Assembly (NCBI GenBank): GCA_040380025.1
Contig: JBEIJY010000029.1
Span: 1 to 29,814 of the forward strand
Length of the DNA: 29,814 nucleotides
Reading direction: 5' to 3'
Source of the DNA: Bdellovibrionales bacterium
Lineage (GTDB): Bacteria; Bdellovibrionota; UBA1018; CAIMNF01
Shown: positions 19,757 to 28,551 of the stretch, piece by piece
How positions within the stretch are numbered: the stretch's first letter is position 1
How the letters are laid out: each line of letters opens with the position of its first letter
Notes under the pieces: generated by a model
What the model was told of the DNA's origin: nothing
Seen by the model: the letters and a program-made list of their open reading frames with translations, nothing else
The model's database searches: none
Position numbers and translations under genes: made by a program

Positions 19757-20458
19757 TTACACCTCAGCCTTTACTGCTTTGCGGATCGTTACCACTCCGC
19801 TGATCGGGCCCGGGACGCTCCCGTGGACCAGTACAATTCCCTTTTCGAGGTCGACGCGGACCACTTTGAGGTTCTGGATCGAAACCTTCTTGTGACCCAT
19901 GTGACCGGCCATGGCCTTACCCTTGAACACCTTCGCAGGATCGGCGCGGTTCCCGATCGAACCGATTTGGCGGTGGGAGACCGATGCCCCGTGGGACTTG
20001 TAGCCCCCGGCATAGTTGTGGCGTTTCATCACGCCCTGGAATCCCTTACCCTTGCTGACCGCGCTCACGTCGACGAGATCTCCCGCCTTGATGAACTCGG
20101 CAGTGAGGAGCTGACCTTCGGTCAGTCCGTCGATGGCGGCATCCGTATCAAAACGGAACTCTTGCGCGTGGTAGTAGCCGGGATTGCCGGATTTCTTGAA
20201 ATGCCCCTTTTCGCTCAGATTGACGCGAGACTCTTTTTTGGGAAGGAATCCGACCTGAACGGCAGAGTAGCCGTGCTTCTCGGATTTCTTGACCTGGGTC
20301 ACGATGTTGGGCTTGATCGAAAGGACGGTCACTGCGAGAGCACGTCCGTCTTCACCGTACACTTGGGTCATCCCGGCCTTTACGCCGAAAACGCCGCCGA
20401 GACCGGTGGAGAGAGTAGTCGCTCCTGCGTTCGCTTTTGTTTCTGTATTTTGTTCCAT
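19757..20458 (-). CDS. rplC: 50S ribosomal protein L3
   Basis: KAGMTQ, SKGKGFQGVMKRH, GHMG, GSVPG; likely start MEQN at 20458 (AGGTG SD). Confidence 0.97.
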   Translation of the reverse strand: MEQNTETKANAGATTLSTGLGGVFGVKAGMTQVYGEDGRALAVTVLSIKPNIVTQVKKSEKHGYSAVQVGFLPKKESRVNLSEKGHFKKSGNPGYYHAQEFRFDTDAAIDGLTEGQLLTAEFIKAGDLVDVSAVSKGKGFQGVMKRHNYAGGYKSHGASVSHRQIGSIGNRADPAKVFKGKAMAGHMGHKKVSIQNLKVVRVDLEKGIVLVHGSVPGPISGVVTIRKAVKAEV

Positions 20459-20519
20459 AATCACACCTGTCATGTTTTGACTGGCCGGGGAGCCCGAAGA
20501 CTCCACCTCGCCGTCTTAC

Positions 20520-20834
20520 TTAGGATTTGATCTCCACATCGACGCCGGCCGAGAGGTCGAGCTTCATGAGAGAGTCGATGGTCTGCTGGGTGGGCTCCAC
20601 GATGTCGAGAAGACGCTTGTGGGTTCTTACTTCGAACTGCTCACGGGATTTTTTATCCACGTGCGGAGAACGGAGGACGGTATACTTGTTGATCACGGTG
20701 GGAAGAGGGATCGGCCCGCGAACGACTGCGCCGGTTCTCTTTGCAGTGTTCACGATCTCCCACACGGATTTGTCCAACACGCGATGATCAAACGCTTTCA
20801 GCTTGATGCGGATTTTGTGTTCAGCGACTGCCAT
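20520..20834 (-). CDS. rpsJ: 30S ribosomal protein S10
   Basis: [30 protein letters not shown]. Confidence 0.99.
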   Translation of the reverse strand: MAVAEHKIRIKLKAFDHRVLDKSVWEIVNTAKRTGAVVRGPIPLPTVINKYTVLRSPHVDKKSREQFEVRTHKRLLDIVEPTQQTIDSLMKLDLSAGVDVEIKS

Positions 20835-21165
20835 GACATTCCTTCTTTCGTCGTCCCTCTTGCATCAAAACAGACCCAGAAAGGCCCGAACCGATGCGCA
20901 GGGGAGCGCATAAGTGGTTTATTCGTTTTTCGACCTATTTTGCTCTCATCCTTCGCGGTGACTGAAACCCGGAGATCGCCTGCTTCAATGCAAGCTTTCT
21001 TTCGCCCGGATTTCGCCATTTCTGCCTCGCCTTGGTGTTTTCTTTGGGAAAACAACGCCGAATCGTTGGCGTTTTTACCAAGACAGCCCGCGAAATGTAG
21101 TAGCAGAGCTAAATTTGGTGCGACAGGTTGAAACTTTTACCCAAACCTGTTCAAGAAAGCAAGAA

Positions 21166-23340
21166 TTAATTCACTCCCGAAAATGCAGGCCCGCCCTGCC
21201 CCCCGGATTCCCCCGGTCTTTCGGGCAGAATCCCCGCCCGTTCCTTGATTTGCTGGAGAACCTGGGCCGACACCGGCGAGTAATGCGAGAACTCCATCGA
21301 AAACGTTGCGCGGCCCTGCGAGGACGAGCGAAGCACGGTGGAATAGCCGAACATCCGGGCCAGGGGAACCTCGGCATCGATGATTTGCAGGTCCCCGCGC
21401 GCGTTCATGCCGTGGATCTTGCCTCCGCGGCCATTCAGGTCGCCGATGACCGAACCCATGTATTCAGCCGGGCACACCACCTCGCACTTCATCTGGGGCT
21501 CCAGAATGACCGGGCCCGCCTTCCGGGCGGCATCCTTGAATGCCATCGCGGCGGCGACCTTGAAGGCCATCTCTGACGAATCGGTCTCGGAGAACGAGCC
21601 TCCGGTAACGGTGCACGCGATGTCGACCGCAGGGTAGCCGGCAAGAACCCCGCCCGACATGGCCTCTTTCAGGCCCTGCTCGACCGCAGCCACGAAGTGC
21701 TTGGGAATCTGCGCCTCGGTGGCCTGGTTTGCGAACGAGAAGCCCTTGCCCCGCTCCATCGGCCGGATCGTGACCGCCACATGCGCGTATTGGCTTTTTT
21801 GCCCCTCACCCTGCCGGATGAACTTCGACTCGCCCGGAGCGGCCACCTCGACCGTCTCGCGGTACGAAACCTGCGGCGTGCCCACATTGGCATCGACCTT
21901 GAACTCGCGCTTCAGGCGATCGACGATGATCTCGAGATGGAGCTCGCCCATGCCGCTGATGAGCGTCTGCGCGGTGTCTTCGCTTTGGTTCACCCGGAAG
22001 GACGGATCCTCGGTCGAAAGACGCGAGAGCGCCTGCCCGAGCTTTTCGCCGTCGGCCTTGGTTTTCGGCTCGATTGCGATCGAGATGACGGGCTCGGGGA
22101 ACTCGATTTTTTCGAGCAGAACCTGACGCCCCTCCGAACAGAATGTGTCGCCGGTGGTGGCGAGCTTGAGCCCCACGATCGCGACAATGTCGCCCGCGGT
22201 GACCTCCGAGACCTCTTCGGATTTGTTCGCATGCATGCGCAAAAGCCGGTTCGCGCGCTCGCGCTTTCCTTTGTTCGCATTCCAGAACACCGAGCCCGCC
22301 TCGAGTTTTCCCGAATAGACGCGAATGTAAGTGAGCTGTCCCACGAAGGGATCGGTCATGATCTTGAAAGCGAGCGCGGCGAAAGGCTCCGCGGGATCGG
22401 GCGAGCAGAGGATGTCTTTGGTCTCGTCGGCCGGAGGATGCGCGATCACGGCAGGAAGATCGGCGGGCGAGGGAAGATAGTCCACCACCCCGTCGAGCAG
22501 GGTCTGCACGCCCTTGTTCTTGAAGCTCGCGCCGCAAAGAACAGGAACCATCTTGAGGCCGATCGTTCCGGCCCGGACCGCCGCGCGGATCTCGGCAGAA
22601 GACGGCTCTTCTCCGGCCATGAACTTCTCGAGGATCGCCTCGCTGAAGTCGGCCACCTGCTCGATCAGGTTCGCCCGATGCAGGTCGGCCTCATCGCGAA
22701 GATCGGCCGGAATTTCTTCGATTTTGTATTTCGCTCCGAGATCGGGGGACTCCCAGCGGAGCGCCTTCATCTCGATCAGGTCGATCACGCCCTGCAGACG
22801 ATCCTCGGACCCCCAGGGAATCTGCACCGGCACCGGACGACACCCGAGGCGCTCCTTCATTTGCCCCACAACCGCATCGAAATCGGCACCCACGCGATCG
22901 AGCTTGTTCACGAACGCGATGCGGGGAACGCGGTATTTGTCGGCCTGTCGCCAGACGGTCTCGGTCTGGGGCTCGACTCCGCCCACGGCACACAGGACCA
23001 CGATGGCGCCATCGAGAACGCGCAGGGAGCGCTCGACCTCGATCGTGAAGTCCACGTGCCCGGGAGTGTCGATGATGTTCACCCGATGATCCTTCCAGAA
23101 GGCCGTGGTGGCGGCCGCGGTGATCGTGATCCCCCGCTCCTGCTCCTGGGGCATCCAGTCCATGGTGGCGGTCCCCTCGTGAACCTCGCCCATTCTATGG
23201 GTTTTTCCGGTGTAAAACAGAATCCGCTCGGTGGTGGTGGTCTTGCCGGCGTCGATGTGGGCCATGATGCCGATGTTCCGGATCTTGCCAAGCGCCTGCA
23301 GGGTTTTCTCGTCGAGTTTTTTCGGTTCTGGTTTTGCCAT
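21166..23340 (-). CDS. fusA: Elongation factor G family GTPase (str-linked, divergent domain IV)
   Basis: [35 protein letters not shown] and all five EF-G domains. Confidence 0.96.
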   Translation of the reverse strand: MAKPEPKKLDEKTLQALGKIRNIGIMAHIDAGKTTTTERILFYTGKTHRMGEVHEGTATMDWMPQEQERGITITAAATTAFWKDHRVNIIDTPGHVDFTIEVERSLRVLDGAIVVLCAVGGVEPQTETVWRQADKYRVPRIAFVNKLDRVGADFDAVVGQMKERLGCRPVPVQIPWGSEDRLQGVIDLIEMKALRWESPDLGAKYKIEEIPADLRDEADLHRANLIEQVADFSEAILEKFMAGEEPSSAEIRAAVRAGTIGLKMVPVLCGASFKNKGVQTLLDGVVDYLPSPADLPAVIAHPPADETKDILCSPDPAEPFAALAFKIMTDPFVGQLTYIRVYSGKLEAGSVFWNANKGKRERANRLLRMHANKSEEVSEVTAGDIVAIVGLKLATTGDTFCSEGRQVLLEKIEFPEPVISIAIEPKTKADGEKLGQALSRLSTEDPSFRVNQSEDTAQTLISGMGELHLEIIVDRLKREFKVDANVGTPQVSYRETVEVAAPGESKFIRQGEGQKSQYAHVAVTIRPMERGKGFSFANQATEAQIPKHFVAAVEQGLKEAMSGGVLAGYPAVDIACTVTGGSFSETDSSEMAFKVAAAMAFKDAARKAGPVILEPQMKCEVVCPAEYMGSVIGDLNGRGGKIHGMNARGDLQIIDAEVPLARMFGYSTVLRSSSQGRATFSMEFSHYSPVSAQVLQQIKERAGILPERPGESGGQGGPAFSGVN

Positions 23341-23346
23341 GGGGGG

Positions 23347-23376
23347 AGACTACTCTCTTGCGCGGGTTTCGGGCAA
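23347..23376 (-). promoter_or_regulatory. Putative leaderless promoter of fusA
   Basis: TTGCCC-N18-TAGTCT-CCCCCC-ATG; no SD. Confidence 0.5.
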
Positions 23377-23406
23377 AAAAAAACCCGCCTGCAGGACAGG
23401 CGGGTT
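23375..23406 (-). terminator. Intrinsic terminator between rpsG and fusA
   Basis: AACCCGCCTG-TCCTG-CAGGCGGGTT stem running into a U9 tract on the minus strand. Confidence 0.85.
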
Positions 23407-23428
23407 CTTCGATGAAACTGGAATGCTC

Positions 23429-23899
23429 TTACCAGCGATAGTGGGCAAATGCCTTGTTCGCTTCAGCCATGCGGTGCATGTCTTCGCGCTTTTTGATCGC
23501 GCCACCGCGAAGATTCGCGGCGTCGATGATCTCCATCGCCAGACGCTCGGCCATGGTCTGCTCGCCGCGGGAGCGGGCGGAGTCGATCAGCCAACGGGTG
23601 GCGAGCGACTGCCGACGGGCGGGCTTCACTTCGACGGGAACCTGATAGTTGGCACCCCCGACGCGGCGGGATTTCACTTCGAGAAGGGGCTTGATGTTCT
23701 CCAAGCACTTCTTGAAGGACTTGATGCCTTCGTCCTGGGTTTTTTCTTGGACGATGTCCATCGCGGAGTAGAAGATCTTCTCGGCGATTCCGCGTTTTCC
23801 GTCGTACAGAAGCGCATTGATGAATTTCGCCACGACCAGATCGTTATAGATCGGATCGGGATTGATTTCGCGTTTCGCTGCAACCTTTTTACGTGCCAT
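23429..23899 (-). CDS. rpsG: 30S ribosomal protein S7
   Basis: [33 protein letters not shown]. Confidence 0.99.
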   Translation of the reverse strand: MARKKVAAKREINPDPIYNDLVVAKFINALLYDGKRGIAEKIFYSAMDIVQEKTQDEGIKSFKKCLENIKPLLEVKSRRVGGANYQVPVEVKPARRQSLATRWLIDSARSRGEQTMAERLAMEIIDAANLRGGAIKKREDMHRMAEANKAFAHYRW

Positions 23900-23919
23900 G
23901 GTCGTTACGTCCTTTTAAA

Positions 23920-24309
23920 TTATTTTGCGGCTGCGCCAGCGGCAGGCCGTTTTGCGCCGTACTTGGAACGGCTTTGCTTACGGTTTGCGACCCCTTGGGT
24001 GTCGAGGGTTCCGCGAACGGTGTGGTAGCGGACCCCGGGAAGGTCCTTGACCCGGCCGCCCCGGATGAGGACGATCGAGTGCTCCTGAAGATTGTGTCCC
24101 ACTCCAGGAATGTACGAGGTGACTTCAAACCCGTTGGTCAAACGCACCCGACAAACCTTGCGAAGAGCCGAGTTCGGCTTCTTGGGGGTGGTGGTGTACA
24201 CGCGGGTGCAGACTCCGCGTTTTTGCGGGCAGGACTGAAGCGCCGGAGAGCTGGTTTTCCAAATTTGCTTTTTACGGCCCGCGCGAACGAGCTGGTTAAT
24301 TGTAGGCAT
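23920..24309 (-). CDS. rpsL: 30S ribosomal protein S12
   Basis: [33 protein letters not shown]. Confidence 0.99.
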   Translation of the reverse strand: MPTINQLVRAGRKKQIWKTSSPALQSCPQKRGVCTRVYTTTPKKPNSALRKVCRVRLTNGFEVTSYIPGVGHNLQEHSIVLIRGGRVKDLPGVRYHTVRGTLDTQGVANRKQSRSKYGAKRPAAGAAAK

Positions 24310-24362
24310 TCCTACCGGTTCCTTTCATTAATGCTAAACACACTTTGGGTGTAGAACGAACA

Positions 24363-24392
24363 CTGATACTGGATTTCACCCGCTTTGGTCAA
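24363..24392 (-). promoter_or_regulatory. Putative rpsL promoter
   Basis: TTGACC-N18-TATCAG about 55 nt upstream of the ATG. Confidence 0.45.
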
Positions 24393-24455
24393 GGATGATC
24401 TTGCTCGGAGCAACAAAAATCTTTCAACCGGTGGAGTTGACCGGCGGGGGATCAT

Positions 24456-24485
24456 TTGACGAATCCCCCGCCGATTTGCTAATCA
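24456..24485 (+). promoter_or_regulatory. Putative tRNA-Thr promoter
   Basis: TTGACG-N18-TAATCA with a TG extension, 18 nt before the tRNA. Confidence 0.5.
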
Positions 24486-24503
24486 TCAAGGTCTGTTCTT
24501 TGA

Positions 24504-24579
24504 GCCGATGTAGCTCAGTTGGTAGAGCAACGCTTTCGTAAAGCGTAGGTCGACGGTTCGAGTCCGCTCATCGGCTCCA
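24504..24579 (+). tRNA. tRNA-Thr(CGT)
   Basis: GCCGATG-TAGCTCAGTTGGTAGAGCA-ACGCT TTCGTAA AGCGT-AGGTC-GACGG TTCGAGT CCGCT-CATCGGC-TCCA; 76 nt; one A-C mismatch in the T-stem. Confidence 0.95.
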
Positions 24580-24698
24580 TTTTTCTTTGTTACCGGATCT
24601 TGTGCCAGACCTCTGCGGGAGCCATCCCCGGAACGGTCCGCTGACACAGCTCAAACCCGAATCGGCCCATGAATTCAGGTCTCGATGACCGTCAGAAC

Positions 24699-25934
24699 TC
24701 AGAGCAGGCGAAGCAGATCGTTGCAGCCGTCATCCTTTTTTTCGAAATAGCGCAGGGTCCAGCCATCGTGCCTCATGTTCTTGGCCAATTGGGGGTCAAA
24801 CCCCGCTGAAGACATGTATTCCGTCCTCACGTTGACCCCGGCTTCGGCGCGGAGCAAATCCGCAATCAGCTTTTTGGATTCCAACTGATCCAACCGGTTG
24901 TATCTTGAGAAGCTTCGTTGAAGATCATCGTAATTGATCGGATCAGAGACCAGTTTCGCCTCGCCCAGATACAATACTCCATCCTGGATGCGAACCAGAT
25001 CGAGCTCCTCACCCAGAATGCGTTCCTTGATGAATTCAAGCTTGGCATCAAGCACATCTCCTTGAATTCGTTCCCGGATCGACTCAAGCTTCGCTTTCGT
25101 CTCTTCATCCGGCGGGATCGAAAAGAGCTCCGGATACTGTTTTTGGAAGTTTTCCAACAGGCCGGGCTCCTTCTTGATTTCGGGTTTGAGTTTCTCCCAA
25201 AACCGAAGAAACGGCTCTCTCACCTCGGGAATCTCGCCCACTTTCTGACCGATCGAAACCGCTCCGGGCAGGGCCACCGACATGTAAAGTTCTCCCAGCA
25301 AGCCGCCCAAACCGGTCTCGATGGTTTTGGAAACCTCTTGAAGATCGTGAATCCCGAGTTTTTTCTTCACCGTCTTCATGTCGCCCAGGAACGGTTTCAA
25401 CAGCCCGTCCCTGATCACACGACTTTTATCGATGGCGGCCTTCGCCGTCTGATAATGGGCATCCAAGCCCTCAGACTTGAGCGTGCTCAGAAATTCATCA
25501 AGAAGCAGGTCGGCGGCGTTGTTTCGGTTGGTCACGAATTCGAGACAGGACTCCAGGGTATAACTCTCGAACTGTCCATAAACATCCCGGAACCTCTTCA
25601 GACGCCCATTCGCAAGACGCAGATCCATCAACAAAAAGGCGAGCTGTTGGTTTTTCAGCGCCGGCGAGCCCGGCATCGCATTCATCGGTGGATGATCGGC
25701 ATGCTGGAGCTTCATGAGACCGTATTTTGTCAAATACCGATCAATATTGGTGTTTCCGAAGTCCGATCGGGGAAACAGCATGGCGCCGGTACCATAAGAT
25801 GGAACATAGTTTTCCCAATAGATAAGGTCTCTCTCGGGGAGCTGCGCCCAAACAAGAGACCCATGCCCGGCGAACCCGAAAAAACAAAGGGCGAAAAAAG
25901 CGGCTACTTCTCGGAACTGACCAGATCTTGACAT
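24699..25934 (-). CDS. Secreted PD-(D/E)xK nuclease-like protein, paralogue A
   Basis: Signal peptide (..SLVWA|Q); GLLGE...EELDLVRIQDGVLYLGEAK...QLESKK...SSAGF; ends GCNDLLRLL; homologous to the three neighbours. Confidence 0.7.
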   Translation of the reverse strand: MSRSGQFREVAAFFALCFFGFAGHGSLVWAQLPERDLIYWENYVPSYGTGAMLFPRSDFGNTNIDRYLTKYGLMKLQHADHPPMNAMPGSPALKNQQLAFLLMDLRLANGRLKRFRDVYGQFESYTLESCLEFVTNRNNAADLLLDEFLSTLKSEGLDAHYQTAKAAIDKSRVIRDGLLKPFLGDMKTVKKKLGIHDLQEVSKTIETGLGGLLGELYMSVALPGAVSIGQKVGEIPEVREPFLRFWEKLKPEIKKEPGLLENFQKQYPELFSIPPDEETKAKLESIRERIQGDVLDAKLEFIKERILGEELDLVRIQDGVLYLGEAKLVSDPINYDDLQRSFSRYNRLDQLESKKLIADLLRAEAGVNVRTEYMSSAGFDPQLAKNMRHDGWTLRYFEKKDDGCNDLLRLL

Positions 25935-26029
25935 ATTGCGTCAGCTTTTAGCACAAGGCAATGACAGCAAACAAGGAAAAACAAACAAAAAAGAACAACT
26001 ACTTTAAAGAGTCAGATTCGCACCTTGGA

Positions 26030-27223
26030 TCACGGGCGGCGAAGCAAGTCCGAGCACCCGGCATTCACCCCGGCGATCGAGTGAAGGATCCACCCGTCCT
26101 CGCTCATCTTCCGGGCAAGGGATTCCTCGAAACCCGCCGAGGAAACATACTCGTACCGGATGTTCAAACCGGCCTCTTGTTCGAGCAGTTTCGCAATTTG
26201 TTTCTTGGATTCCATCTGATCAAGCCAAGTGAACTTGTCGAACCGGTTGTTGAGAGACCGGGCATCAAGGAGGTGCGCCGTTATTTTTGTCTCTCCGAGG
26301 TACAAAACTCCATTTTCAATCCGGACAAGGTCGATCTGCTCCGCCAGAATGCGCCGCTTGATCCTTTCAAGAATCTCACCTTCATTCATGTAGGTTCCAT
26401 TCGGCGGAAGATAGCTGAACAGCGCCGGAAACTGGCGCCGATACTCTTGAAGCAGCGCGGGGTTTTCTTTGATCTTCGCTTTGATCTTGCCCCAGGCCCC
26501 GAGAAACGGCGTCATCAATACGGGAATGGTTTCGAGGGTTTCCCCGACCGAAATTGCGCCGGGCAAGGCAACCGAAACATAAAGTTCCCCGATCAATCCT
26601 GCCAACTGAACCTCGACGGATCTTGCCGCACCCATCAGCTGATCCGCCGACACGAATGAAAAATTCCCCTCAAAAAAAGGCTCCATCCTGACTCTTCTTG
26701 TGGAGTGGAACCGGGCGATGGCGAGCGATGCGGTTTGATGGAGCTCCCGATTCCCAGTGGCGTTCAACCCGTTCAGAAACTCGGTCAGCATGAGATCGGT
26801 CGCCCGATCCCTGCTGTTCACATACCGGAGACACAGATCAAGGGTATTCCTGCCGTGTCTCGGGATTTTCGCTCGATACTGTTCCACGGACGCGTTCACG
26901 AAGCGCAGATCCATCAGCAAAAGCGCAAGCTGAGGATTGCTCCAGGCGAGCGATCCCTCGAGGATCCGGACGGGGGGAGCGGACGCATGCCTGAGATCGA
27001 CATACCAGTACGAGGTCAAGAACCGCTTGATCGCATTCGACTTTCCGAATTCCGACCAGGGCTTCCTCACTGCCTCGGGGGCGACGCGTTGGGGCTCACC
27101 TTCCCAAAAAAAGTGATCGCTCGGCGGAAGTCCCTGGGCATTTACAAGGGCCGAGGGCAATCCCAATGCCGAAAAAAGAAGACACCGGACCAGAACGCCG
27201 AAACATCCTTTAAGAGTTGACAT
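26030..27223 (-). CDS. Secreted PD-(D/E)xK nuclease-like protein, paralogue B
   Basis: Signal peptide (..ALVNA|Q); GLIGE...EQIDLVRIENGVLYLGETK...QMESKK...SSAGF; ends GCSDLLRRP. Confidence 0.7.
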   Translation of the reverse strand: MSTLKGCFGVLVRCLLFSALGLPSALVNAQGLPPSDHFFWEGEPQRVAPEAVRKPWSEFGKSNAIKRFLTSYWYVDLRHASAPPVRILEGSLAWSNPQLALLLMDLRFVNASVEQYRAKIPRHGRNTLDLCLRYVNSRDRATDLMLTEFLNGLNATGNRELHQTASLAIARFHSTRRVRMEPFFEGNFSFVSADQLMGAARSVEVQLAGLIGELYVSVALPGAISVGETLETIPVLMTPFLGAWGKIKAKIKENPALLQEYRRQFPALFSYLPPNGTYMNEGEILERIKRRILAEQIDLVRIENGVLYLGETKITAHLLDARSLNNRFDKFTWLDQMESKKQIAKLLEQEAGLNIRYEYVSSAGFEESLARKMSEDGWILHSIAGVNAGCSDLLRRP

Positions 27224-27285
27224 GTTGCGTTAACGAGTAACAAAAACGTAAGCCAAATTCAAGAAAAACAGAACAAAAAAGACAA

Positions 27286-28551
27286 CTATTCTCCTGACAT
27301 GTCTCCTGACCGGGGCGGCTTGAGCAGAGTCGAACACCCGGACTGGATCGGCCCCAAGGAATACAGACTCCATCCGCGCCCCCTGAGTTCGGTCGCGAAG
27401 GTCTTCTCGAATCCCCCGCCGGACATGATTTCAAGGTGCACATTCATGCCAAATGAACGGAGCAGTTTTGAGATTTCTTCCTTGGACCGGATTTGATCCC
27501 CCATCGTGTTGAACCCCACCTGGCCCGAAAGGGACTCGAAATCAAGGGCCGTAAAACTCATTTTGGACTCGCCCCAAAAGTAGACTCCGCCCACCTTGCG
27601 GATCACGTCGACATCCTCATTCATGATGCGGTTCGTGATCACCTTGAGTTTTTCATCGACAGGCTGGTCTTCGATATGACGGACGGATGCGACGAACAGC
27701 CCCGGATACTCGCGCGAGTATTGCTGGAACAGCTCCGGATCGACTTGCAGACGCGCCTCCAAAGGCTTCCAACCCTGCTCAATGAAGGTCAAAAAGTCGG
27801 GGATCTGCCGGACTTTCCGTCCGTATGCGAATGCCCCGGGCAGGGACACCCCCATATACAATTCTCCCACCACACCGGTGACTTTGGTCTCGATGTCTCT
27901 CGAAATCTCGAACGATTTCTGGAAGCGTTCGGAGTTTTCCTGAATCGGAAGGTTCTCGAGGGATTCCGTCGCATATCGCTCCATCTCGGAACAATAGTCA
28001 TTCATGAAACTCTCGAGGTCATCGATCAGAGGCCCCAGTGTGCTTCCGAGGGTTGGATTTTCTCTCGAAACCAGATTCTGGAATTTTCGCAGGAATCTCA
28101 TCGTGACTCTTTTGCGGGCCCACGCGAAGTCCATCCGGAAATCCAGGCTGGCATGGGAACCGCGATCCTGGAAATAACTCGTGATGAACTCCCCCATGGA
28201 CGAGTTCACATACAGAACATCCATCAGCAAGAAGGCAAGTTGACTTTCTTTTGCGGCAAGCGACCCCGGTTCCACCCGGATGGGCGGTTTCGCGCGCTGA
28301 AGAAAGAGGGCGGAATGGAACTTTTCGGTGAACTCTTGAACACCCGATTCGGCCTGCTTCCCGAACTTGGACCGGAGCCCCGTCATCTCGGGACTGTTTC
28401 GAGTAAACGTGCGCTCTTCGTATTGCCGGAGCTTTTCGAGCCCGGAGAGTGGCTGTTTTTGCGCCGAAGCGACCCCCGCCGACACCAGAAAAACCGAACC
28501 AAGAACCGAGAAAACCCGGAAATAGGACAAAATAAGCTTTTTCATTTTCAT
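27286..28551 (-). CDS. Secreted PD-(D/E)xK nuclease-like protein, paralogue C
   Basis: Start MKMKKLIL at 28551 overlapping the upstream stop (ATGA); signal peptide (..VASA|Q); GVVGE...EDVDVIRKVGGVYFWGESK...SGGGF; GCSTLL near the C-terminus. Confidence 0.7.
   Translation of the reverse strand: MKMKKLILSYFRVFSVLGSVFLVSAGVASAQKQPLSGLEKLRQYEERTFTRNSPEMTGLRSKFGKQAESGVQEFTEKFHSALFLQRAKPPIRVEPGSLAAKESQLAFLLMDVLYVNSSMGEFITSYFQDRGSHASLDFRMDFAWARKRVTMRFLRKFQNLVSRENPTLGSTLGPLIDDLESFMNDYCSEMERYATESLENLPIQENSERFQKSFEISRDIETKVTGVVGELYMGVSLPGAFAYGRKVRQIPDFLTFIEQGWKPLEARLQVDPELFQQYSREYPGLFVASVRHIEDQPVDEKLKVITNRIMNEDVDVIRKVGGVYFWGESKMSFTALDFESLSGQVGFNTMGDQIRSKEEISKLLRSFGMNVHLEIMSGGGFEKTFATELRGRGWSLYSLGPIQSGCSTLLKPPRSGDMSGE

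Noticed and set aside
20798..21055. 85-aa ORF as a tuf remnant
   Set aside because: No EF-Tu motifs (GHVDHGKT etc.); kept only as a weak uORF candidate.
23920..24309. Streptomycin-resistance alleles in rpsL
   Set aside because: TPKKPNS and RVKDLPG motifs are wild type.
25935..27285. Sigma-54 (-24/-12) promoters for the paralogues
   Set aside because: TGGC/TGTC...TGC/TGT elements exist, but the GG-N10-GC spacing and identity are not met.
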